Assembly (NCBI GenBank): GCA_036741795.1
Contig: DAINRO010000003.1
Span: forward strand, 1-62,314
Length of the DNA: 62,314 nt
Reading direction: 5' to 3'
Source: Chloroflexota bacterium
Lineage (GTDB): Bacteria; Chloroflexota; Dehalococcoidia; SM23-28-2; RBG-16-64-32
The notes beneath the pieces were generated by a model, which saw only the letters and a list, made by a program, of their open reading frames with translations, did not search any database and was not told the origin of the DNA. This document shows positions 48,584 through 57,122 of this stretch, in pieces. How positions within the stretch are numbered: the first letter of the stretch is position 1; the number at the start of each line of letters is the position of its first letter. The position numbers were made by a program, and so were the translations under genes.

Positions 48584-49627
48584 CTAGCTCAGTCCCATCT
48601 CCGTCTTGATCGCGGCCACCGCGTCCACCATCACCTTGAGCTTCTGCTCACTCTCTTCCACCGTGCGGGTCTTGAGGCCGCAGTCGGGGAGGATCCAGGC
48701 GCGCTCCGGCGGCACCACTTCCAGCGTCCGGCGGATGCCATTCTTCACGTCCTCTATGTCCTCGATGAAGCGCGTGTGGATGTCCGTGACACCGACCCCG
48801 ATGTCCTTGTCTTCCGGGTAGCCGTACTTCCGCATCAGGTCGAGGTAGGCGAAGTCCGTGTTCTTGAATGCGAGGTGGATCTGTTTCACGGGCAGCTTGA
48901 TCATCTCCGTGTAGACCTTCTCCACCTCGCCGTAGCAGATGTGTGTGTGGAACTCGGCGTCGATCCCGTCCACGGTGGCGTGCATCGCCTCGATCGCCAG
49001 CTGGAAGTCCTCGTCCGGCCGCGTGTGGATTGCCGGCTCGTCGATCTGGATGAACTTCGCGCCGGCCTTCACCAGCTCCTCCACCTCGGCCCGGATGATC
49101 TTCGCCATATCGAGCACAGCGTCTCGGCGCGACGGGTAGTGCTCGTCGAACGACCACTCCACCATCGTGTAGGCGCCGGTGAGCATCCCCTTAACCGGGC
49201 GTTCCGTCAGGGACTGGGCGTACTGCCACATCTCCACCGTCATCGGCCCGGGGTATTCGAGTTTGTCGAAGATGATCGGCTTGTGGTAGTAGCGGTTGCC
49301 ATATGAGCGAACGAGTCCGCCGAGCTTCATCCCCTTGATCGGGTTGCCGCCCTTCTCACCTGAGAAATACGCAACCATGTCGCCCCGCTCCATCTCGCCG
49401 TGCACCAGCACGTCGATTCCCAACTTCTCCTGCACCCGGATCCAGTACTCCGTCGCCTCGCGCTCCAGCTTGCGCAGCTCGTCGACGCCGATCTTGTCCT
49501 GGCTAAACTCGCTCCGCGCCTTCGTCAGGTACGCCGGCCTGGCAAAGCTACCGACCGCCGTCGTCGTCAGCGTCGTCCCGGCGCTCCCGACCTTTGAGTT
49601 AGCTTGCTGAGTCTGTTCTGTGACCAT
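48584..49627 (-). CDS. metE: cobalamin-independent methionine synthase catalytic-barrel protein (core-MetE-like)
   Basis: 347 aa. Matches the C-terminal barrel of MetE including Zn-site motifs HTHICYGE and LPDCGLKTR. Its ATG overlaps the stop of the upstream paralogue (TGATG). Confidence 0.75.
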   Translation of the reverse strand: MVTEQTQQANSKVGSAGTTLTTTAVGSFARPAYLTKARSEFSQDKIGVDELRKLEREATEYWIRVQEKLGIDVLVHGEMERGDMVAYFSGEKGGNPIKGMKLGGLVRSYGNRYYHKPIIFDKLEYPGPMTVEMWQYAQSLTERPVKGMLTGAYTMVEWSFDEHYPSRRDAVLDMAKIIRAEVEELVKAGAKFIQIDEPAIHTRPDEDFQLAIEAMHATVDGIDAEFHTHICYGEVEKVYTEMIKLPVKQIHLAFKNTDFAYLDLMRKYGYPEDKDIGVGVTDIHTRFIEDIEDVKNGIRRTLEVVPPERAWILPDCGLKTRTVEESEQKLKVMVDAVAAIKTEMGLS

Positions 49628-50604
49628 CAGGCCGGCACTCCTTCCGCCCGTCGGGCGCCTTCAACCATTACCTTCAGTTTCTCGAATGCCGTCTCGCGAG
49701 GCAGGTACTCCAGCCCACAGGACGGGCTCACGATCAATCTTTCGGCGGGCATCAGCCTGGCCAGCCGCTCCACCGCCTCCGCTACCTCGGCAGGAGACTC
49801 CAGCCGCGTGCCGCGGGCGTCAACGATGCCCGCTCCAAGCTTCTTCTCGAACTTCACATCGGCAAGAGCGTCCCAGTTCTTCTTCCCCCAAACGAGGTCG
49901 AGCCCGATCACGTCCACCGGTAGATCCTGCATCGGTCCGAGGATGCCCGCACAGTCGCTGAACCAGGTGTAGAGTCCCGTTTCCGCACCGCTTACTCCAT
50001 TCAGCAACCGGGTGGCGGCTTGCTTGAAGACCGGGTAGTCGTCCTTGTTGAAGACGATCACCGGGTCATTCACCTGGATGTGCTTGCAACCGGCGTCAAT
50101 CAGGGCATCTATCTCACCGCGCAGCGCTTCTGCGAACGCCAGTGCGAGCTTTTCTCGGGAGTTGTAATGCTTGTCAAGAGAGTGGGCGGCCAGCGTGTAC
50201 GGTCCCGGAACGATCGCCTTCACGGGCCGGGTGCTGTTCTCCTGGGCGAACTTCCAGTCGCGCACGAGCGAAGGGCTCTCGAATGCCACGTCGCCGGTGA
50301 TTTCGGTCTCGCGGAAGTAGGTGTTCGTGTCGAGGTAGCGCTGGAGGCCGCCGATATTGACGCCCTTAAAGTTCCGCGCGACATAAGTCTGGTCGTCGTC
50401 CCAGCGGACCTGGCCGTCGGTGACGATGTCGACGCCGGCATCGGTCTGCTCCTGGATCACTTCGACAGTGACCTCGTCGCCCACCTGGGCCAGGTCTTCG
50501 TTCGTGATCTCGCCCCGGTCCCGCTTGTTGAGCGCGTTGCGATAACGAGCGGGACTGGGCCTGTTGGGGATCTTGGGATAGTTGCCTACGACAGTGGTCT
50601 GCAT
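49627..50604 (-). CDS. MetE-barrel-like paralogue lacking the H-x-C zinc motif
   Basis: Start reset to the ATG at 50602-50604 (MQTTVVGNYPKIP..., AAGGAG 6 nt upstream); the ORF track starts at 50715. Keeps SPSCGLEYLPR, but the position of HTHxCY reads YTWFSDC. Confidence 0.6.
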   Translation of the reverse strand: MQTTVVGNYPKIPNRPSPARYRNALNKRDRGEITNEDLAQVGDEVTVEVIQEQTDAGVDIVTDGQVRWDDDQTYVARNFKGVNIGGLQRYLDTNTYFRETEITGDVAFESPSLVRDWKFAQENSTRPVKAIVPGPYTLAAHSLDKHYNSREKLALAFAEALRGEIDALIDAGCKHIQVNDPVIVFNKDDYPVFKQAATRLLNGVSGAETGLYTWFSDCAGILGPMQDLPVDVIGLDLVWGKKNWDALADVKFEKKLGAGIVDARGTRLESPAEVAEAVERLARLMPAERLIVSPSCGLEYLPRETAFEKLKVMVEGARRAEGVPA

Positions 50605-50640
50605 GCAGCTCCTTGTGGCTGAAACGTATGGGCTAAGCTC

Positions 50641-50669
50641 AGAATAACAGGTCTTGTTGGGTGGGTGAA
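50641..50669 (-). promoter_or_regulatory. putative promoter of the MetE-like gene pair (-35 TTCACC, 17-nt spacer, -10 TATTCT)
   Basis: On the minus strand TTCACC lies at 50664-50669 and TATTCT at 50641-50646, about 35 nt upstream of the AAGGAG-ATG at 50604. Confidence 0.3.
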
Positions 50670-50741
50670 GAACCGCTCGCACGGCCCTTTGAAATCGCCG
50701 GGGCGGCGAAAACAAGGCTGTGACCCGAAGCCAGTTACCGA

Positions 50742-51413
50742 CTACTCAAGGTAAGCGCGTAGACCGGCCGGATCGCGGATGATGATCTTCCGCCCCTCGT
50801 TGCGGATGAGGCCCAGGCGCCGGAACTCGGAGAGATTTCGGTTCACGCTCTCTCGCGTCACGCCGATCATATTGGCCAATTCCTCCTGGGTGATCCGGAC
50901 ATTCAGGAGGACGCCATCCTCACGGGTTACGCCGCTCTGCTCCGCGATCTCCAGCAGCCGCCTCGCCAAACGCCCACCAGCGTCGAGGAATGCGAGGTCT
51001 GAGGCCATCTGGTCGCTGCCCCGCAGCCTTTGCGTAACCCGGGCAAGTACGGCCAATGCGGCATCCGGACGTTTCCGGACCAGCTCTGTGAAGTGGTCCC
51101 GCTCCAGTACGATCAAGGCGCAATCGGTCACCGCTGACGCGCTGGCGGAACGGGGCTTCCCGTCCAGCAGCGACATGTCGCCGAAGAAATCGTTGGGGTT
51201 CATCACGGCCAGCGTCAGATCTGTTCCCTGGGCTCCGGTGACGTGAATCCGCACGGAGCCGCTTTCGACGATGAACAGCGCCTCTCCGGGGTCATCCTTC
51301 TGGAACACGATGTCGCCCCGGGTGTAATTGCGGCGCCGGACGCGCTGCGCCAGCCACTGGCGATCGGTGTCCGACAGTGCGGCAAGGAAGGGGACGCGCT
51401 CAAGTAGCTGCAT
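50742..51413 (-). CDS. Crp/Fnr-family transcriptional regulator
   Basis: 223 aa. cNMP-binding beta-barrel (FFGDMSLLDGKPRSASA) and a C-terminal HTH (TQEELANMIGVTRESVNRNL). Confidence 0.85.
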   Translation of the reverse strand: MQLLERVPFLAALSDTDRQWLAQRVRRRNYTRGDIVFQKDDPGEALFIVESGSVRIHVTGAQGTDLTLAVMNPNDFFGDMSLLDGKPRSASASAVTDCALIVLERDHFTELVRKRPDAALAVLARVTQRLRGSDQMASDLAFLDAGGRLARRLLEIAEQSGVTREDGVLLNVRITQEELANMIGVTRESVNRNLSEFRRLGLIRNEGRKIIIRDPAGLRAYLE

Positions 51414-51447
51414 GGCTCGCGCCTGAATCGTCTAACGAAAGCGCCAC

Positions 51448-52668
51448 GTGGCGCAAGCGTGTACGATTTACCCCAATATCATCGCAGGAGACGCCAGATT
51501 GCAGCTCGCCAAACGCATTGAGTCCTTACCTCCATATCTCTTCGCCGAGATCAGCAAGAAGATCGTGCAGAAGAGGGCAGAAGGTGTCGACATAATATCG
51601 TTCGGCATAGGCGATCCTGACCTGCCGACTCCCGAGCACATTCTGGCATCTCTCCGGGATGCCGCCGGCGATCCTGCCAACCACCGCTATCCCGAAAGCG
51701 AGGGGTTGCCTGCGCTACGCGAGTCGATGGCGCGCTGGTACGAACGACGTTTTGGTGTCGAACTGGACCCGGCGACCGAGATCCTTCCACTCATCGGCTC
51801 CAAGGAGGGCATCGCCCATATCGCCACCTGCTTCATCGACCCCGGCGACGTTGCCCTGGTACCGGACCCCGGGTATCCCGTGTACGCGGTAGGGACGATG
51901 CTGATGGGCGGTGAACCCTACTACCTCCCGCTGACCGAGGAGAATGACTTCCTGCCAGACCTCGACGCCATCCCCGGCGCCATCGCGGAACGGGCGAGAG
52001 TCCTTTGGCTCAACTATCCCAACAACCCAACAGGAGCGGTCGCGGACCTCGATTTCTTCGAGCGAGCAGTCAAGTTTGCTCGCAGTAACGACCTGGCCAT
52101 CCTGCACGACGGCCCCTACAGCGAGGTCGCCTACGACGGTTATCAGCCTGTGAGCTTCCTCCAGGCTGACGGGGCTATGGAGGTGGGAGTGGAGTTCCAT
52201 TCTCTCTCCAAGTCGTACAACATGACAGGCTGGCGCATCGGAATGGCGGCCGGCAACGCGCAAATCATCGATGCTCTTATGCGGGTGAAGTCCAACGTTG
52301 ATTCAGGCATTCCGCAGGCGATCCAGAAAATGGCTATAACTGCGCTCGAAGGGCCTCAGGACGTTATTCCCGAGCACAACGCGATCTACCAGCGGCGCCG
52401 CGACCGCCTTGTCTCGGCTCTCCGCGGGCTCGGTCTGCGCGTGCGGCCACCGCAAGCCAGCCTCTACCTCTGGGCACGGGTGCCGGAATCGATGACCAGC
52501 GTCCACTTCGCCACTCGGCTACTTGACGAGGCGGGCGTCGTCGTCACCCCGGGCAACGGCTATGGGCCGACAGGCGAAGGGTACGTTCGACTGTCCTTGA
52601 CGGTCCCTGACGAGCAGATCGAAGAGGCAGTGCGGAGGATGGAAGCACTCTCACGGACCTGGGCGTAA
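51448..52668 (+). CDS. dapL: LL-diaminopimelate aminotransferase-like class I aminotransferase
   Basis: 406 aa. SLPPYLFAEISKKI...GVDIISFGIGDPDLPTP N-terminus and the PLP Lys motif SLSKSYNMTGWR. Confidence 0.65.
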   Translation: MAQACTIYPNIIAGDARLQLAKRIESLPPYLFAEISKKIVQKRAEGVDIISFGIGDPDLPTPEHILASLRDAAGDPANHRYPESEGLPALRESMARWYERRFGVELDPATEILPLIGSKEGIAHIATCFIDPGDVALVPDPGYPVYAVGTMLMGGEPYYLPLTEENDFLPDLDAIPGAIAERARVLWLNYPNNPTGAVADLDFFERAVKFARSNDLAILHDGPYSEVAYDGYQPVSFLQADGAMEVGVEFHSLSKSYNMTGWRIGMAAGNAQIIDALMRVKSNVDSGIPQAIQKMAITALEGPQDVIPEHNAIYQRRRDRLVSALRGLGLRVRPPQASLYLWARVPESMTSVHFATRLLDEAGVVVTPGNGYGPTGEGYVRLSLTVPDEQIEEAVRRMEALSRTWA

Positions 52669-52706
52669 CCCTTGGCATGACCAAGGGCCCCGCCGGCGCG
52701 GGGCCC
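52669..52706. terminator. two adjacent GC-rich hairpins between convergent dapL and the tmRNA gene
   Basis: CCCTTGG-catga-CCAAGGG (52669-52687) and GGGCCCCGC-cggc-GCGGGGCCC (52685-52706). No strong T tract, so terminator function is tentative. Confidence 0.35.
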
Positions 52707-52717
52707 ATGAACTTCAT

Positions 52718-53074
52718 TGGTGGAGACGGAGGGGAATTGAACCCCTCGTCCAGGAGAAAACCGACCGAGATATCCTACAAGCTTAGCCGTCGCTTTAATC
52801 TTGCCCGCCGTACCGCCGTCGGCCACGTAACCGGCGGGCCAGCCGAAGGTCTTTTGCCTCCCTTATCGGCGTGGGGGAAACAGCACCCCGACATTACGTC
52901 GTCGGATCCTGCCCATCGGGGTGAGGCCTGGACCAAACGTCGCTACCTAATTAGGCCGCGAGAGCGTACTGGTTAGAGTTGCCAGTTGCTTTTGTTGCCG
53001 GTCGATTAACGAGGATCCGGCATCCTCGGCTTGCAATCCGGGCCCAACCTTCCCTGTCGAACCCATGCGTCCCC
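52718..53074 (-). ncRNA. ssrA: transfer-messenger RNA (tmRNA, SsrA)
   Basis: The minus strand reads 5'-GGGGACGCATGGGTTCGACAGGG... and ends ...GGACGAGGGGTTCAATTCCCCTCCGTCTCCACCA-3'. Acceptor stem GGGGACG/CGTCTCC with a G3:U pair; T-arm AGGGG-TTCAATT-CCCCT. Internal tag frame GCA ACA AAA GCA ACT GGC AAC TCT AAC CAG TAC GCT CTC GCG GCC TAA = ATKATGNSNQYALAA*. Confidence 0.9.
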
Positions 53075-53099
53075 ATGTGACAATAGAATTATAGCACAA

Positions 53100-53879
53100 A
53101 TGAGCTATCCCGGAACGTTGCAAAACGAGATCATGGAGCAACTAGCCGTCCTCGGCGTCTCCCCCTCATCCATCCTCGTCGTCCACACTTCATTCCGCGC
53201 GGTTGGATCCGTTGAAGGTGGTCCTACAGGGCTGATATCCGCATTAACTACGGTTCTCGGGCCAAAAGGCACCCTCGTCATGCCCAGCATGTCAGATGAC
53301 GACGACACGCCGTTCGATCCTGCAGCTACGTCATGCCTGGGGATGGGCATCGTCGCGGATTCTTTCTGGCGCGAGCAGGGCACCTTGCGGAGCAACAGCC
53401 CGCACGCCTTCGCCGCCCGCGGACCCGCGGCAGTCGAAATCACCGCTGATCACGCCATTGACGTGCCCCACGGCCTCGACAGCCCGGTCGGGAGGGTGTA
53501 CGAGCGTGAGGGCAGCGTCCTGTTACTCGGCGTCGGTCACGACGCCAACACCACGATTCACCTAGCGGAAAGCCTGGCTAGAGTGCGTTATAGACGCCCG
53601 AAATACGTGATGGTCCGCGAGGGGGACGCCGTCGTGCGGCACGATTACGCCGAGATTGACCACTGCTGCGAACACTTCGTACTGATGGACGACTGGCTTC
53701 GCATGGAAGGCGTGCAGCGAGAGGGGAGTGTTGGCCGAGCCGAGGCGCGCCTCATCAGATCCCGCGATGTCCTCCGGGTGGCGACAGCCAAACTGGCTGA
53801 GGACGAAACGGTATTCCTTCACCCGGCAGGCGTTGATCACGAATGCGACGAGGCCCGAGCAAGCCTGTCACGTGTCTGA
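53100..53879 (+). CDS. AAC(3)-family aminoglycoside N-acetyltransferase-like protein
   Basis: [12 protein letters not shown]...[10 protein letters not shown]...[11 protein letters not shown]...[10 protein letters not shown]...[17 protein letters not shown] follows the AAC(3) (Antibiotic_NAT) pattern. Start placed at ATG 53100 (or 53133) because the ORF-track start at 53031 overlaps the tmRNA gene. Confidence 0.65.
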   Translation: MSYPGTLQNEIMEQLAVLGVSPSSILVVHTSFRAVGSVEGGPTGLISALTTVLGPKGTLVMPSMSDDDDTPFDPAATSCLGMGIVADSFWREQGTLRSNSPHAFAARGPAAVEITADHAIDVPHGLDSPVGRVYEREGSVLLLGVGHDANTTIHLAESLARVRYRRPKYVMVREGDAVVRHDYAEIDHCCEHFVLMDDWLRMEGVQREGSVGRAEARLIRSRDVLRVATAKLAEDETVFLHPAGVDHECDEARASLSRV

Positions 53880-53888
53880 TTTTCTTGC

Positions 53889-54350
53889 TTATTTACTATT
53901 CGATCTCATCGCGCGCTGAATATCCCGATCTGCGTCCCGCTTTGCGATGTCCTGCCGCTTGTCGTACTTCCGCTTCCCCCGCGCCAGGGCGATCTCCAGC
54001 TTCGCTTTCCCGCCTTTCAGGTAGACGCGCAAGGGAATGATCGAGGCGCTCGAAGTCGTCGCCTCGCGCTCCAGTTCGTTGATCTCGCGCTTGTGGAGGA
54101 GCAACTTGCGGCTGCGCGTGGGGTCATGGTTCCGGTTGCTAGCCGGGGCGTACTGGGCGATGTGGGCGCCGACGAGGAACAGCTCGCCGTCGTCCGGGCG
54201 CACGTACGCTTCACGGATGCTCATGTGGCCGTCCCGGATCGATTTGATCTCCGTGCCGGTTAGCGACAGCCCCGCCTCATACGTCTTGAGGATCGAGTAG
54301 TCGAACCCGGCACGCCGGTTCGTCGCAACCGTCTTCTCGCCAACGCTCAT
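53889..54350 (-). CDS. smpB: SsrA-binding protein SmpB
   Basis: Start reset to the ATG at 54348-54350 (MSVGEKTVATNRRAGFDY...), giving 153 aa. Motifs GTEIKSIR and KLLLHKREI. The ORF-track start at 54554 overlaps ctpA. Confidence 0.9.
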   Translation of the reverse strand: MSVGEKTVATNRRAGFDYSILKTYEAGLSLTGTEIKSIRDGHMSIREAYVRPDDGELFLVGAHIAQYAPASNRNHDPTRSRKLLLHKREINELEREATTSSASIIPLRVYLKGGKAKLEIALARGKRKYDKRQDIAKRDADRDIQRAMRSNSK

Positions 54351-54388
54351 GCTGCGATTGTAGCGAGCGGCGAGGTTTGGGGCGTGTC

Positions 54389-55648
54389 CTAGCGGCTGGC
54401 GGCCAGTTGCTGGTTCAACACGTCGATTGCGGCGCTCATCTGCGGCCCGTAGCCGTTCTGTAGCTCGGCGCTGAGCTCCTCCGGGGTCAACTCCACCGGC
54501 ACATCCGGGCTTAGCCCCACACCCTCGATCAGCGTCCCCTTCGGGGTCAGCCACCGGGCGATCGTGACATAAAGAGCGCCACCGTTGGACAGCTCACGGA
54601 TGTGATTCACGGAACCCTTGCCGAAGGTCTGCGTCCCGACAAGTTGTGCCCGACCCTGGTCGCGGAGGGCTCCAGCCAGAACTTCCGATCCCGAGGCCGA
54701 TCCTTCGCTCACGAGGATGACGACCGGCAAGTCCACAGCCTCGCCGCCAGGTTCCGCGTCGTATGGCGTCTCGTTGCCATCACGGTCCACCTGCGTCAAC
54801 ACGTTGCCGCCGTCGAGGAACATGTCCGCCACGTTCACAGTAGCGTCCAGGCCTCCGCCCGGATTCCGCCTCAGGTCCAGAACTAGCCCCTCATAGCCCT
54901 CGTCAACGATCCTCGTCAATTCCTCGCTCAGGTCGTTCACCGTCTGGTCGGTGAATTGCTGAATCTCGACATAAGCGATGCCCGGCACCACGTTGCCATT
55001 GGCATCCTGCGCATCATGTGCGAAGACGGTCGGAATCACGATCGTCCCTCGCGTTATCGTCACGTCCTCGGACTCGCGGTTTGCGTGCCGCACCGTCAGC
55101 GTCACCTCGCTGCCCTCGGTGCCCCTGATCCGCTGGACAGCGTCCTGGACGCTCCAACCCTCCGTGGATTCGCCGTCCACTGCCAGGATCACGTCACCGG
55201 GCAGGATCCCGGCCTGCTCCGCAGGCGACCCACGGAACGGCGTCACGATCGTGATCTCACCCGTCGTCGGGTCCTGGTCCACGTTCGCGCCGATACCTTC
55301 GAAGCTACCCGAGATGATGTCAAACCCACTCTGGTAGTCCTCGGGGCTGATATAGACGGTGTGAGCGTCACCAAGTGAATCGATTGCGCCACTGATGGCA
55401 CCCTCTTCGAGCGCTTGTCCGTTAACCGCTTCGGGAACTACAAAGTCCTCTTCCAGGATATCCTCGATCTCTTCCAGCACACTGTAGTCGGAGCCGGAAT
55501 CCAGCTCCTGGTCGTCGCCAGAGGGCGCCTGGATGCTACTGCTGCCGCCATTGTCCTCGTCGCCGATCGCGAACCCCACCATCCCGGCGGTCGCGACAAC
55601 CAGGACGATCACGAGGATGGAGAGGACTAACTTCAGGGTGTTCCACAT
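54389..55648 (-). CDS. ctpA: S41-family carboxyl-terminal processing protease (PDZ-containing)
   Basis: N-terminal TM helix (MWNTLKLVLSILVIVLVV), PDZ (GDVILAVDGES), catalytic Ser region (GSASGSEVLAGAL) and Lys region (TFGKGS). An alternative upstream start exists at 55702. Confidence 0.85.
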   Translation of the reverse strand: MWNTLKLVLSILVIVLVVATAGMVGFAIGDEDNGGSSSIQAPSGDDQELDSGSDYSVLEEIEDILEEDFVVPEAVNGQALEEGAISGAIDSLGDAHTVYISPEDYQSGFDIISGSFEGIGANVDQDPTTGEITIVTPFRGSPAEQAGILPGDVILAVDGESTEGWSVQDAVQRIRGTEGSEVTLTVRHANRESEDVTITRGTIVIPTVFAHDAQDANGNVVPGIAYVEIQQFTDQTVNDLSEELTRIVDEGYEGLVLDLRRNPGGGLDATVNVADMFLDGGNVLTQVDRDGNETPYDAEPGGEAVDLPVVILVSEGSASGSEVLAGALRDQGRAQLVGTQTFGKGSVNHIRELSNGGALYVTIARWLTPKGTLIEGVGLSPDVPVELTPEELSAELQNGYGPQMSAAIDVLNQQLAASR

Positions 55649-55916
55649 GAGCTTTCTACCTTTGACATAATGGCGGATATACAGCCCGCCAAACGACTTC
55701 AATGGATTCGACGTGAGTCCGGGACTTCGCGTTGCCGGCCCCTACGCGGGAGTCACCTCGATGGTAGCACCGCCCCAAAACCCCCGCAAACGCGACCGGA
55801 CACGAGTTTTCATGGCTCCAGATACGCCACAACCGCGCGCCGGGATTGCAGCGTAAGCCCTTCTACTGCTCACATAACATATATAGTGCGAACCTACATC
55901 GTGAATTGAGGTTGCC

Positions 55917-56438
55917 GTGGGATATGCTCCGGAGGGCATGACTCACCGAATTACGCTCGAACGAAACACGCTACGGTTCGCCGCCGCCCATTTCACCGCC
56001 TCCAGTTCAGAATGCGAACCTCTACACGGACACAACTACGATGTCTTCGTCGAGATCGAGGGAGATCTCACGCCCGAATCGTGGGTCATCGACTTCGGAT
56101 CCGCAAAGCGTATCGCCCGCGAGATCTGCGGCGGGCTGGACCACCGGTTCATCGCAGCCTCTCGCAGCACGGCCACAAGGATCACAGCCGCGGCCGGCGA
56201 GATCACGATCGACGCCGCCGGTAAGCGTTATGTCATGCCGGGAGGGGACGTTGCCCTACTCGACATCGACAACACCACAGCTGAGCGCCTGGCGGAATGG
56301 TTCGCGGGCCAGCTCGCAGAGCGCCTGGCCACCCTGGGCGCCGTGAACCTGCGGCGAATCACAGTCGGAGTTGAAGAAATGCCGGGTCAGGCCGGCTGGT
56401 TCGTGCTCGACTATCCGCTGGCTAGCGGGTCGTGTTGA
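55917..56438 (+). CDS. queD: 6-carboxytetrahydropterin synthase / 6-pyruvoyl-tetrahydropterin synthase family (QueD-like)
   Basis: 173 aa. FAAAHF...ECEPLHGHNYDVFVE carries the C-x3-HGH zinc/catalytic motif of QueD/PTPS. Confidence 0.7.
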   Translation: MGYAPEGMTHRITLERNTLRFAAAHFTASSSECEPLHGHNYDVFVEIEGDLTPESWVIDFGSAKRIAREICGGLDHRFIAASRSTATRITAAAGEITIDAAGKRYVMPGGDVALLDIDNTTAERLAEWFAGQLAERLATLGAVNLRRITVGVEEMPGQAGWFVLDYPLASGSC

Positions 56439-56516
56439 CACCCATCCGAAAAACCATAAGATAAGTCTTTGCCACGGAATCCGGTCTGCAACCGTCTGGA
56501 ACCGTGCGAAGGGATT

Positions 56517-57062
56517 ATGCAGATCGACTGGCAGCAGGCGATAAACGACATCCTGGCGAAGAAGCTATCGTGCCCTCGCTGTGGAACCCTCACCGACGAC
56601 GTGCTCGTCGGGTATCTCAGGTTGCCCGAGGCGTCAGCGTGGGCGCCTCTGTGTGAAGGGTGCACGAAGAAGGAGAACTGCGAATCGCGCAAGTTCGTGG
56701 TCCTCTGCGAAGATTGCTCCACCGAGTTGCGCCTCCGCGGCCGCCGCGTCGACGAAGCAGGCTTCATGTCCGCTCTCTTCGAAGAGTGCCGCCGCAACCT
56801 CGAAGAGACGCTCGACTACCTCGCGGACTACTGGCGCGAAGACCTGGACATCGACCCCGGCGACATGGAAAAGCGCCTCGAAGAGGTGGACCCAGACCTC
56901 TTTGACGAGGAGAACAACTGGCGCACATACCTGGAGGACGAGTACCTCAAGATCCATGGTTGGTTCCGTGAGCGAAAGCTCAGGATCCCCAATCCCGGCT
57001 GGCGGTCCGAATACGTCGAGGACGTCGTCTCCGTCGGCTACCCGACCCTCCTCGGCGACTGA
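56517..57062 (+). CDS. hypothetical protein with an N-terminal Cys-rich zinc-ribbon-like region and an acidic C-terminal half
   Basis: CPRC...CEGC...C-x9-CEDC followed by a D/E-rich segment (DLDIDPGDMEKRLEEVDPDLFDEENNW). No family recognised. Start at ATG 56517 preferred over the ORF-track start at 56469. Confidence 0.4.
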   Translation: MQIDWQQAINDILAKKLSCPRCGTLTDDVLVGYLRLPEASAWAPLCEGCTKKENCESRKFVVLCEDCSTELRLRGRRVDEAGFMSALFEECRRNLEETLDYLADYWREDLDIDPGDMEKRLEEVDPDLFDEENNWRTYLEDEYLKIHGWFRERKLRIPNPGWRSEYVEDVVSVGYPTLLGD

Positions 57063-57122
57063 ACGCGATTTCTGGTATCGTGCCAGCTACCAAATTCTTT
57101 CCCGGCCCGAAGGAGACCTGTC

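Noticed and set aside
50605-50741. SAM or cobalamin riboswitch upstream of the MetE-like genes
   Set aside because: The spacer is only 137 nt, much of it taken by a promoter-like element and hairpins after the crp-family gene. I see no B12 box (GCCACTG-like) and no SAM-I/II core.
54351-54554. N-terminal 68-aa extension of the smpB ORF
   Set aside because: It overlaps ctpA and is Arg/Gly-rich. The internal ATG at 54348-54350 yields a canonical 153-aa SmpB.
55703-55916. preQ1 riboswitch upstream of the queD-like gene
   Set aside because: There is no small hairpin followed by the A-rich tail with the conserved preQ1-I/II core. The CCCCAAAACCCCCGCAAA string does not form the required pseudoknot by eye.
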